Of a stretch of DNA of 64,000 bases, positions 13,119 to 24,076 are shown piece by piece. Source of the stretch: Batkoa obscura (lineage: Eukaryota); NCBI GenBank assembly GCA_030770535.1, contig JASVEC010000025.1, positions 124,001-188,000 on the forward strand, given 5' to 3'. A model generated the notes under the pieces. The model was not told the DNA's origin. It was given only the letters and a program-made list of their open reading frames with translations, and did not search any database. Numbering within the stretch: the stretch's first letter is position 1; every line of letters begins with the position of its first letter. The position numbers and the translations under genes are program-made.

Positions 13119-13217
13119 GGGAGAGATGTTCTTTTGGCTTCATTATTTTTCCCATTTTTAAGTACTATTTGAGTGGAAAGATTGGTAGTAAAATTCTTAA
13201 ACAAAAAATACATCCCC
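13119..13217 (+). mobile_element. MITE copy
   Basis: Family consensus; atat on both sides. Confidence 0.85.
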
Positions 13218-13304
13218 ATATGTTCTAAAAAAATTTATGATATTTGTTTTTTTCAATAGTCAAAATAGTACATATAAAGGTTAAAGCCCAAAAGCGTAAA
13301 TATA

Positions 13305-13402
13305 GGCGATGTGTTTTTTTGTTTAAGAGTTTTACTACCAATCTTTCCGCTCAAATAGTACTTAAAAAATGGAAGAAATAATGATACCAAAAAAAACGCT
13401 CC
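13305..13402 (-). mobile_element. MITE copy
   Basis: Family consensus, degenerate ends. Confidence 0.8.
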
Positions 13403-14762
13403 TACATAATACTTCTTAATTTTATATTGATCAAAGCCTTGTTTCCTATACAAAAAAATTTATCCAAAGTTTACTTTAAAGGAATTTCCTTAATTTTGTT
13501 TTACCAGGACAAAATGCAAAAATTCATATTCCCAAAACAAAACACTTCAAATTTATAAAATAAGAACTGAAAGATAAAAGGAGCTTTTAACATATAATTT
13601 GACCTTAGCTCTTTGTGATTTTTTTGACTTTTCTTAAAAATTAGGGGGCTTGCTCTGGGTAATGGTCTTTGAGGACCTTGTCTAAGGTAGAAAAGAAGCA
13701 TTTTGGAAAAACCAGTTTTTACATCATATACACTAAAGAAAACTTTGAAATTGCTTTAAATCTTAGGAAAAGGGGATAGGATTAGTAATTAAATTAAAGT
13801 GTAACTATATTTTTTAATCCTTTACTGAATTTTTAATTGGCAATTTCTAAAACCTTTGGTCAACTTTATAATAAAATAGTTAAATTGAATTTTTTTGGAC
13901 TATTTTATTTTCCAATTTGAAAAGTATAGATTTAGGAAATCTGGGAGGTAAACTGAAGGGCTATTATGTATATCAACTGTGACCAACTACTACTTTAAAA
14001 ATAATAAAAGTATAGGCTTTTTTGATTACTTTCCCTTTAATAAATTTGGAATACTCAGTATTTGATAGTTTTCTCGATCTGTTAAAAGTTATCAATTTCG
14101 TCCATTTTTAATATAATTTGAATTAACTAAAACAGAAGCAATATAAAGCTCAATGTTAATTGACTTGGGTATTAATTAATAGGTGGAACCCTCCATTATG
14201 GACAAAAATAAATGTTTTGGCATTAATTTGGTTATTTTGAATAGTTTCAAGTAAAATTTATATAAATGTATTTTTTGATTTAAACAAAACTTTAGGGGGT
14301 GTTTTGTATTGGCTTATTATTTTGGAGTAAAATGTAAAAAAATTGTTGTTACTAATCGAATTTAAATGCGATAATAAATTGTATTGAATAAGCTTTATAA
14401 GTTGAAATTTAAGTAAAACAAAATTGTTAAATAAACTGACTTATTAAAAGTTGAACTTACTAAGTAAAAAGTTTAATTTATCAAATTTAAGCTAAGTTAT
14501 TTAAAAACTATATCAGATTTGGCTTAAAAGTTGAAAGATAAAAATCAATCGCCTTAAACCAAATTACTACCATAAAAAAGAAACTAAAAAGTAAATTAAA
14601 AAATGAAAGAAAAATAATTTGTTCTGTAGACAAACGCTCTATACATTGGGCTCACATGACTATTTTTAAAATAGACTTTAAAAAAAGGTAAACAATTAAG
14701 AACATATTATTTTAAAAGCTGGAAATCCTGATCAAGTAATAAAATTTCGTTTAATTACATAT

Positions 14763-15663
14763 GGGGGTGTCCGAATTGGCTTCATTTTTTTATCCAATTT
14801 CTATCAAATTTAATATAAATTCTCAGATTAGCAAAAGTTTTACTAATATAACTTATATATTGGTATTAATCAAAGTTATAGTATGTAAATAAATATATGT
14901 TTTTATAAAGCTTTATTAAAAAATATTTATCATTAACTGCTTTATGGCCAACAACTGCAAGGTTTGCTATCAAATAAATAAATTATTTTAATGTTATAAT
15001 TACATTATATGAATATATTACCAAGTTAATAAATAGCTGCATAAGAGAGTAATTAGCTTTGAAACTATAAACTAACTATCTTTATATAATGTAAGCAATG
15101 TAATAATAGTTTCTATTTATTATTACAGCTACTTGCTCTTTAACTATTTATTAACTTTAATTGAAATTATATCACTTTTTTTTCATCTATCAGATACTAG
15201 ATAGCAATGTAGTTTATTACCACGTTTAATAAAATGTAAATAGTTTCTAATACCTTGTATTTTTGTTACTTTTTTTGTATCTTTGTTTCTTTCATACTTT
15301 TTAAAAATTATATTTGTTTTCCCATTATTGACAGTTGAGTTATTAACTCTATTATGTTCACAAATAAAAATCTCAAATTTTGGAATTAGTTGATTAATAT
15401 CTTTTACTTAATGCTTCAAGCTATTTTTCCATTGTAAAAAATTTCCGAAATGTCCATCAACTATACTTTTTCCATGATGCTCAGCAAAAAAATTAAGATC
15501 AATATTTAAACTACTATTTATTTTATAAATTTCTTCAAATATATAATGTAAAAATCCTTGAGATTTAAAATAATTTCCTGTATCTATTTATATATTAATT
15601 TTTGCAAACTTTTTAAGCAAAGGCTCCTTAGATATTAAATCAATCAAACAACCTCTTGCATAT
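14763..15663 (-). mobile_element. Decayed Sola2-like 3' half with right TIR
   Basis: gggggtgtccgaattggcttca at 14763 preceded by atat; reverse complement of transposase C-terminus. Confidence 0.9.
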
Positions 15664-15760
15664 GGGGATGCATTTTTGTGTTTAAGAATTTCATTAATAA
15701 TTTTTCCGCTCAAATAGCGCTTAAAAGATGGAAAAAGTGATGAAATAAAAAAACACCCCC
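15664..15760 (-). mobile_element. MITE inserted in transposase remnant
   Basis: atat on both sides. Confidence 0.85.
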
Positions 15761-15975
15761 ATATAGTAAATATTTTAATGACTCAAAAAATAAAGCAGTA
15801 CTCAGATTAATATATATTAAATATATACCAAATGATTTTAAAAATGTAGCAAAAAAAAAACAGATTTATATGATACATGTATGTGCCTAGTATACCAGTC
15901 AAAAAAGAAGTATTTGAAAATAAAACAGAAATAAAAAAATCTTTTAATAAAAAGGAAAAGGTATATAGATTATAT

Positions 15976-16075
15976 GGGGGTGTTTTTTTGGTTTCATCAC
16001 TTTTTCCATCTTTTAAGCGCGCTATTTGAATGGAAAAATTGTTAGTGAAATTCTTAAACAAAAAAGTACTTCCCC
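15976..16075 (+). mobile_element. MITE inserted in transposase remnant
   Basis: atat TSD. Confidence 0.85.
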
Positions 16076-16166
16076 ATATTAATGTTTAAAAAAACATATT
16101 CAATAAAATTATTAAAAAATTAAATAACAAAAGTTATATAATAATTTTGAACTTAAAATAAAATAT

Positions 16167-16264
16167 GGGGACGTTTTTTTGGTTTTATTACTTTTTCCAG
16201 TTTTTAAGCGCTATTTAAGCGGAAAGATTGTTAGTAAAATTCCTAAACATAAAAATACATCCCC
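16167..16264 (+). mobile_element. MITE inserted in transposase remnant
   Basis: atat TSD; empty site aaatatggaaata at ~22612-22624. Confidence 0.9.
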
Positions 16265-16425
16265 ATATGAAAATAAAAATAAAACCAGATTTAATAAATT
16301 TAGATCATTATAACAAACAAACTATATCAGTATTAAAGTTTGTTTTATATCTAAAAAATAATAAAACAATAGACAAAGTTTATTTTGATTATTTGTCTGA
16401 AATATTAAAGCATGATTCAACATAT

Positions 16426-16522
16426 GGGGGTGTTTTTTTATTTCATCACTTTTTCCATCTTTTAAGCGCTATTTGAGCGGAAAAATTATTAATGAAATTC
16501 TTAAACACAAAAATGCATCCCC
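16426..16522 (+). mobile_element. MITE inserted in transposase remnant
   Basis: atat TSD; empty site gcatatgcagg at ~22772-22782. Confidence 0.9.
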
Positions 16523-18243
16523 ATATGCAAGAGGTTGTTTGATTGATTTAATATCTAAGGAGCCTTTGCTTAAAAAGTTTGCAAAAATTAATATATAAAT
16601 AGATACAGGAAATTATTTTAAATCTCAAGGATTTTTACATTATATATTTGAAGAAATTTATAAAATAAATAGTAGTTTAAATATTGATCTTAATTTTTTT
16701 GCTGAGCATCATGGAAAAAGTATAGTTGATGGACATTTCGGAAATTTTTTACAATGGAAAAATAGCTTGAAGCATTAAGTAAAAGATATTAATCAACTAA
16801 TTTCAAAATTTGAGATTTTTATTTGTGAACATAATAGAGTTAATAACTCAACTGTCAATAATGGGAAAACAAATATAATTTTTAAAAAGTATGAAAGAAA
16901 CAAAGATATAAAAAAAATAGTAAAAATAAAAGGTATTAAAAAGTATTTACATTTTATTAAACGTGGTAATAAACTACACTGTTATCCAGTATCTGATAGA
17001 TCAAAAAAAAGCGATATGATCTCAATTAAAGTTATAGAGTCTATAGAGGATAGAAAAATTAAAAGGTCAACCCCAGCTTATCTTACAAAAATAACTGAAA
17101 ATTTAAAAGTTTCAATATTCAGTAAACAAGTAAGTAGCTTATTAGATGATAGAAATCAATTATTAAATGTTGATATTACTTGAATTATTAATAGCTAAGT
17201 TAATAGATAGCCAAAGAGCAAGTAGTTGTAATAATAAGTAAAAACTATTATTATACTGCTTGTGTTACATAGGGATGGTTAATTATAGTTTTGGGGCTAA
17301 CCACTCCCTCCCATGCAGCTATTTATTAACTTAGCGATATATTAATAATGTAATTATAACATTAAAATAATTTATTCATTTGATAGCAAATCTGCAGTGT
17401 TGAATATAAAACAGTTAATAATAAATATTTTTTAATAAAGCTTTATAAAAACATATATTTATTTACATATTACAACTTTGACTAATATCACTATACAGGC
17501 TATATTAGTAAAATCTTTACTAATCCAGGAATTTATATTAAATTTAGCAAAAATTCCGCTAATTGACAATATAAATTATAACAAAATAATTTAAAACTGT
17601 GTCCGGGTACTTTTGGCTTTTAATAAAGAATTTATTTTTATAGAATTTTAAGCAAAGTTTTTAAAATATAAATATTTAAAAAATGGATAAAAAAATGAAA
17701 CCAATTCGGACATCCCCATATATCAGCAAATTAATATTATTATTGTACATTTTTTATATTTATAATGATAGTTTTAAAAAGGAAAATTTTAAATAAAAAA
17801 TAAAGAAATTAAAGTCAGATAATAAAATAAAAGTAGGTTTTATAAACACTGCCTCTTATTTTAAATTTTTTCATAACTTTTACTGTTTTAATATTAATAA
17901 CATGACCAATTTATGATATATTAATTTAAAATAAATTATAATATGCTTTTAAACTTTATTAAGCTTTTTAAATTTTGGGTTTTTAATAATTTTTTTGATC
18001 TTTTTATCAAGCTTTAAAAGTGTTATTTTATGTTATAACTACCTTACAAGTTGATAACAATATAAAAGTAAGTAAAATTAAAAGGTCAAAAGGATTGTAA
18101 TTAATTTAAAGCTGGACATTATTTATAATAAATAGTAAAAAGCTAAGCTAGGAGCCAGTGCATTGCTTTTTATTATGTTAGTTATCAAAGTTGTAAAAGC
18201 TATATTTTTAGTTAAAAAAATAATTAATGGCGATGTCCAAATA

Positions 18244-18340
18244 GGGGTGTTTTTTTTGGTTTCATTATTTTTTCGATTTTTTAAGCGCTATTTGAGTGGA
18301 AAGATTGTTAGTAAAATTCTTGAACAAAAAAATACATTCC
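18244..18340 (+). mobile_element. MITE copy
   Basis: Family consensus. Confidence 0.85.
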
Positions 18341-18555
18341 TATATAATTAAGATAAATTATAGCTTATAAGTATAAAGTATTTATTGGCCTTTTATATAA
18401 AATATTATAAGCATAAAAAACTTATTAACAAACTATATAAAATAATAACAATAAATATAATAATAATAAAAATTAAATAAAGTATAGTAAATATTTAAAT
18501 TAATTTATATAAGTAGTGTTATTTTACTTAATGTGTTTTTAATTAAAATATATAA

Positions 18556-18650
18556 GGATGTATTTTTGTGTTTAAGAATTTTACTAACAATTTTTCCGCT
18601 CAAATAGCGCTTAAAAGATGGAAAAAGTGATGAAATAAAAAAACACCCCC
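18556..18650 (-). mobile_element. MITE copy
   Basis: Family consensus. Confidence 0.85.
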
Positions 18651-19769
18651 ATATGTTGAATCATGCTTTAATATTTCAGACAAATAATCAAAATAAACTT
18701 TGTCTATTGTTTTATTATTTTTTAGATATAAAACAAACTTTAATACTGATATAGTTTGTTTGTTATAATGATCTAAATTTATTAAATCTGGTTTTATTTT
18801 TATTTTCATATGGAGATGTATTTTTATGTTTAGGAATTTTACTAACAATCTTTCCGCTTAAACAGCGCTTAAAAACTGGAAAAAATAATGATAATAAATA
18901 TTTATTATCATTATTTTTTTTATTAAATCTTAATAGAATAATTGAATTATTAGATAAATATTATATAATAACTTTAATTTGCTTATTATTAGTTATTTTT
19001 GAATAATCATATTGATTTTTACTTATATTAAATCCAAAACTTTCACATTCATCAAAAGAATATACTGAAGCTATAGTTGATAATAATGCTACTTGTTGGT
19101 TTTTATTTCCTGTTTCCTTTAAAACACTAATTTTATGCATTGTGTGAAAGTTGATACTTAGTGGTCGAAGTTAAAAGCTACTCTTGCTTAATTAACTTGC
19201 CTTGAGTCGAACGGTCTTAGTTTATATAACTAAGATAGACTTAAATGAGTAGGAATAATACGTAATAAGTTACGAACTATGTAAAACAAATGGAATAGAA
19301 GGTACTACTGTAAAATCTATATAAGATGTTGTCAGAAAGACTTAGTGACTTTATTAATAGTATGATATCAGGGAGTAATTCAGTTAAAAAGCCTCGAGTT
19401 ATCATATTGAAGGATCTCTTTTATACTCCAATAAGTATGGATATTAAAAGGAGATAATATTATTCTTTGCAATATGAAGTTATAAATTCTCGCAGCAAAT
19501 CAAAATAAGGGACTCGGACTTGGTTGTGTTATAATCAATCCGAGAGCTAAATAAAGCAATATTTCACAATTGGTTGATTAAGTTTATTATTATCAATAAT
19601 AAACTTCAATTCTTTTATTTTATTATAAAATTTTATAAACTCTGGGTTATTATGAATGGTTGTTAAAACTAATATAAATGAATTATAATGTTTATATAAT
19701 GTGCTTCTCCCTATTATATTAAAATTTTAATAAATAAAGTCAAATAACTATATATTTATATATTATATA
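18651..19769 (-). mobile_element. Decayed Sola2-like 5'/middle fragments with nested MITE (18812-18892) and LTR
   Basis: 18651-18811 is the reverse complement of 16265-16425; ~18900-19769 matches the reverse complement of ~21676-22200. Confidence 0.85.
19143..19568 (+). mobile_element. Solo LTR-like element with 4-bp TSD (attg)
   Basis: attg|TGTGAAAG...TTTCACA|attg; interrupts the transposase remnant at a site intact in 21935-21955. Confidence 0.85.
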
Positions 19770-19867
19770 GGGGTGTTTTTTTTGGTTTCATTGCTTTTTC
19801 CATTTTTTAAGCGCTATTTCAGCGGAAAGATTGTTAGTGAAATCCTTAAACACAAAAATACATCCCC
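19770..19867 (+). mobile_element. MITE copy
   Basis: Family consensus. Confidence 0.85.
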
Positions 19868-20695
19868 ATATAGAATATCACGACACTAGTATAATTTTTA
19901 ATGTTTTTTATGAAACTTTTAAATTTATGATAAATCAGTATTTAGAATAGGTTTAATAAGAATATTATTAAAATTACATATAATATATTTAAATAGTTTA
20001 TAATGATTTAACATGCTAAAATAAGGAGTTGAAACAGTATTTTTTTCCCCTTGAAGTTATAAATACAAAACTTAATTATGACAGGTTATGACAGACTACT
20101 AAAAAATTTAGTTGTTGTAAGCAATCAGATTTTATTTTAACATGCAGATTTATCATTATTATTAAAAACAAAAAAAAGTATTTATTTGATATAAATTAAA
20201 TAATTATTAAAGTTTTTATAATATATAACAATGAAAGATTAACTCTATTAAAAATACCTTTACTTTTGTTATTAAAAGTTAGGGTTTTATTATTATTAGT
20301 TATATTAGCTTTTTTTTTAAAATAGTTAGTTTTTTTTCAAAGTTTGTTAATTCTAAAATAAAAAGCAACGTTATGTTTATAAAGCTTAAATTTAAGGTTT
20401 TTGATTTTTTTAGCCAAGTTTTTGTATATTTTATAACTGATAGTATTATTAAACAAAAGTTTAAATTTGATAAATTAATTTTTAATTGATTTTTTAAAAT
20501 GATAGTTAATTAAACTAAAAATATATATCTAAGTAAAAAAAATACTAATAGTATTATAAAAGGTCTGAAAAGAGGTAATTAGATCATTAATGCTATTTAA
20601 AAAGCATGTTTAACTTTTTTAACAGTTTTAATAAATCAGTTATAAAAAAATTCTATTAGATGCTATCAAATATAAAATATAACAAGTATTATATA

Positions 20696-20792
20696 AAGGT
20701 GTTTTTTTTGACTTCGTTATTTTTCCCATCTTTTAAGTGCTATTTGAGTGGGGAAGCTGCTAGTAAAATTCTTAAATACAAAAAACATCCCC
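20696..20792 (+). mobile_element. MITE copy (diverged)
   Basis: Family consensus. Confidence 0.75.
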
Positions 20793-20956
20793 ATATAATA
20801 AAAATTATTAAAAAAAAGTGTGAAACTATTATTATAATTATAAAAACTTTTTTTATCATAAGCATTAAATATAATATTTAATGTTTAGTAAAAAAGCTAT
20901 AAAAGTTTTTTAGTTAACTGTTTGTGATAAGTTAAGGAAATTCAATTTTAATAACT

Positions 20957-21055
20957 GGGGATGTGTTTTTTTGTTTAAGAATTTTACTAACAATCTTTCC
21001 ACTCAAATAGCGCTTAAAAAATGGAAAAAATAATGAAGCCAAAAAAAACACCCCC
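20957..21055 (-). mobile_element. MITE copy
   Basis: aact flanks on both sides (4-bp TSD). Confidence 0.85.
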
Positions 21056-21282
21056 AACTAAAGTTAATTTATAAATAAAAAAAATAATATGCAGTAATAA
21101 ATAGATTATATGGGGGTGTCCGAATTGGTTTCAGAATTTAACTAGAAATTAATCCAAATTTCAAGTTTTTAAATTTGTAAGTCTTTAATGTATCATCAGC
21201 TAAATTTAAAAAGCTTAAAACTAAATATAAAAATTCAACTTAAAGACTTGTTTTATTTATTTTATTTTTTTGATTATATGTT

Positions 21283-21642
21283 TGTGAAAGTTAGTACTCA
21301 GTAATTGGAGTTAGAGGCAGTTCTAGCTTAGTTAACTGGCCGTAAGTCAAAAGGCCTTAGTTTATGTAGCTAAGATAGACTTAAATCAATAGGAGTAATA
21401 CGCAATAAGCTACGAGCTATGTAAAATAAATAGAATACAGGATACTACTATAAAATCTACATAAGATATTGTCAGAAAGACTTAGTGGCTTTATTAAAAG
21501 TAAAATATTAGGGAACAATTTAATTAAAAAGCCTTGAGCTATTATGTTGAAGAATCTATTTTATACTCAACTAGTTTTGTAAACAAGTTAAGTGATTATT
21601 ATGCGATAATCAATCACAGAGATGATGAAACGATATTTCACA
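21283..21642 (+). mobile_element. Solo LTR-like element nested upstream of the transposase
   Basis: TGTGAAAG...TTTCACA; left flank atgtt, right flank gtgtt (atgtt in the copy at 2188). Confidence 0.75.
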
Positions 21643-21733
21643 GTGTTTTGTATTTTTTATTAAATATTCAATAGCTATATAATATATAATTATATAGTTA
21701 TTTAACTTTATTTTTTGTTAAAATAAAAACAAA

Positions 21734-23440
21734 ATGCAAGCTTTTATAACTAAACTTCGAAATGGAATTTCTAAAAACTTTAATACGGTAGGGAGAAGCA
21801 CATTATATAAACATTGTAATTCATCTACATCAATTTTAACAACTATTCACAATAGCCCAAAGTTTATGGAATTTTATAACAAAACAAAAAAAAGAAAAGA
21901 AATATTATTAAATTTTACTATTAATAATAACAAACTTAATCAAGCAATGTATAAAATTAGTACTTTAAGGGAAGCAGGAAATAAAAACCAACAAGTAGCA
22001 TTATTATCGACTATAGCTTCAGTATATTCTTTTGATGAATGTAAAAGTTTTGGATTTAATATAAGTAAAAATCAATATGATTATTCAAAAATAACTAATA
22101 ATAATAAAATACCAACGTTACGACCTACTATCAAAAATACAAAAAAAATTAAAGATGAGCAAATCGAGATTATTATAAAATATTTACTTGATAATTCAAC
22201 TATTTCATCAAGATTTAGTAAAAAAAATAATGATAAATATTCGTCAGAGAATATATATATTAAATAAAAGTAGAAGAATGATATACAGTAAGTATTTTAA
22301 TGATTTAAAAGATAAAGCAGTAGCTAGGTCAACATTTTTCAAATATATACCAAATGATTTTAAAAATCCAGCAAGAAAAACAGATTTATGTAATATATGT
22401 GCCCAGTATACAGTTAGAAAAAAGTTATTTGAAAATAAAATAAATACAACAAAGTGACAAAAAATAAAGCAGAGATAGAGGAATCTTTTAATAAAGAAAA
22501 AAGGTTATATAAATTACATGAATTTTGTGTTGATACTCAAAAAAACATACTTAATGAAACTATTGAAAAATTAAATAATAGAAGTTGTATAATAATTTTA
22601 GACTTTAAACAAAATATGGAAATAAAAATAAAACCAGATTTAATAAACCTAGATCATTATAACAAACAAGCTATATCAGTATTAGGGTTTGGCGTTTTGT
22701 ATTTAAAAAACGATAAAACAATAGGCAAAGTTTATTTTGATTATTTATCTGAAATATCAAATCATGATTCAGCATATGCAGGAGATTGTTTGATTGATTT
22801 AATATCTAAAGAGCCTTTATTTAAAAAGTTTACAAAAATTAATATATGGACAGATACAGGATATCATTTTAAATCTCAAGAGTTTTTACATTATGTATTT
22901 GAAGAAATTTATAAAATAAATAGTAGTTTAAATATTGATCTTAATTTTTTTGCTGAGCATCATGGAAAAAGTATAGTTGATGGACATTTTGGAAATCTTT
23001 CACAGTGGAAAAATAATCTTGAAGCATTAGGTAAAATAGAAGATATTGATCAGTTAATTTCAAAATTTGAGATTTTTGTTTGTGAAAATAATAGAGTTAA
23101 TAACTCAACTGTCAATAATGGGAAAACAAATATAATTTTTAAAAAGTATGAAAGAAACAAAGATATAAAAAAAATAGTAAAAATAAAAGGTATTAAAAAG
23201 TATTTACATTTTATTAAACGTGGTAATAAACTACACTGTTATCCAGTATCTGATAGATCAAAAAAAAGCGATATGATCTCAATTAAAGTTATAGAGTCTA
23301 TAGAGGATAGAAAAATTAAAAGGTCAACCCCAGCTTATCTTACAAAAATAACTGAAAATTTAAAAGTTTCAATATTCAGTAAACAAGTAAGTAGCTTATT
23401 AGATGATAGAAATCAATTATTAAATGTTGATATTACTTGA
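21734..23440 (+). pseudogene. Sola2-type DDD transposase split into three ORFs by two frameshifts
   Basis: Motifs CNIC, LDFKQN, IWTDTGYHFKS and FFAEHHGKSIVDGHFG resemble the Sola2 D..D..HGKxxxD pattern; ORFs 21734-22267, 22188-22457, 22454-23440. Confidence 0.8.
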
Positions 23441-23606
23441 ATTATTAATAGCTAAGTTAATAGATAGCCAAAGAGCAAGTAGTTGTAATAATAAGTAAAA
23501 ACTATTATTATACTGCTTGTGTTACATAGGGATGGTTAATTATAGTTTTGGGGCTAACCACTCCCTCCCATGCAGCTATTTATTAACTTAGCGATATATT
23601 AATAAT
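23441..23606 (+). other. Predicted multibranch stem-loop directly after the transposase stop
   Basis: Outer stem 23441-23468 / 23575-23606 encloses two hairpins; function unknown. Confidence 0.5.
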
Positions 23607-23977
23607 GTAATTATAACATTAAAATAATTTATTCATTTGATAGCAAATCTGCAGTGTTGAATATAAAACAGTTAATAATAAATATTTTTTAATAAAGCTT
23701 TATAAAAACATATATTTATTTACATATTACAACTTTGACTAATATCACTATACAGGCTATATTAGTAAAATCTTTACTAATCCAGGAATTTATATTAAAT
23801 TTAGCAAAAATTCCGCTAATTGACAATATAAATTATAACAAAATAATTTAAAACTGTGTCGGGTACTTTTGGCTTTTAATAAAGAATTTATTTTTATAGA
23901 ATTTTAAGCAAAGTTTTTAAAATATAAATATTTAAAAAATGGATAAAAAAATGAAACCAATTCGGACACCCCCATAT

Positions 23978-24076
23978 GGGGGTGTTTTTTTTGGCTTCAT
24001 TATTTTATCCATTTTTTAAGCGCTATTTGAGTGGAAAGATTGTTAGTAAAATTCTTAAACACAAAAATACATCCCC
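23978..24076 (+). mobile_element. MITE inserted into the transposon's right TSD
   Basis: atat on both sides. Confidence 0.9.

Larger units (their letters stand above)
15765..17717 (+). mobile_element. Sola2-like copy interrupted by three MITEs
   Basis: Collinear with ~22280-23973; right TIR tgaaaccaattcggacatcccc followed by atat. Confidence 0.9.
21112..23973 (+). mobile_element. Full-length Sola2-like cut-and-paste DNA transposon (2862 bp)
   Basis: Perfect 22-bp TIRs gggggtgtccgaattggtttca / tgaaaccaattcggacaccccc; ATAT at 21108-21111 and 23974-23977; encloses a DDD transposase. Confidence 0.9.

Noticed and set aside
13400..14760. Possible further decayed retroelement or gene (ORF 13501-13701)
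   Set aside because: No motif I could recognise; left unannotated
15664..16522. CRISPR-like array (repeats separated by transposon-derived spacers)
   Set aside because: Repeats are ~97 bp, irregularly spaced, in both orientations and TSD-flanked; the 'spacers' are collinear pieces of one interrupted transposase; no cas genes
5238..19568. Full-length LTR retrotransposon bounded by same-orientation LTRs
   Set aside because: The LTRs are divergent with no shared TSD or PBS; 19143-19568 has its own TSD; the enclosed RT is LINE-type
1333..20881. Small ORFs such as 1333-1518, 4087-4373, 13253-13453, 15807-16061, 16228-16476, 18163-18351, 18600-18848, 20660-20881
   Set aside because: Chance read-through of MITE sequence fused to AT-rich DNA or transposase scraps
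22454..22480. TGA read-through/selenocysteine in the transposase, with the 3' stem as a SECIS
   Set aside because: Read-through meets TAG five codons later and the catalytic domain is in another frame
23441..23606. Hammerhead or HDV ribozyme
   Set aside because: No CUGANGA/GAAA core or HDV pseudoknot recognisable on either strand
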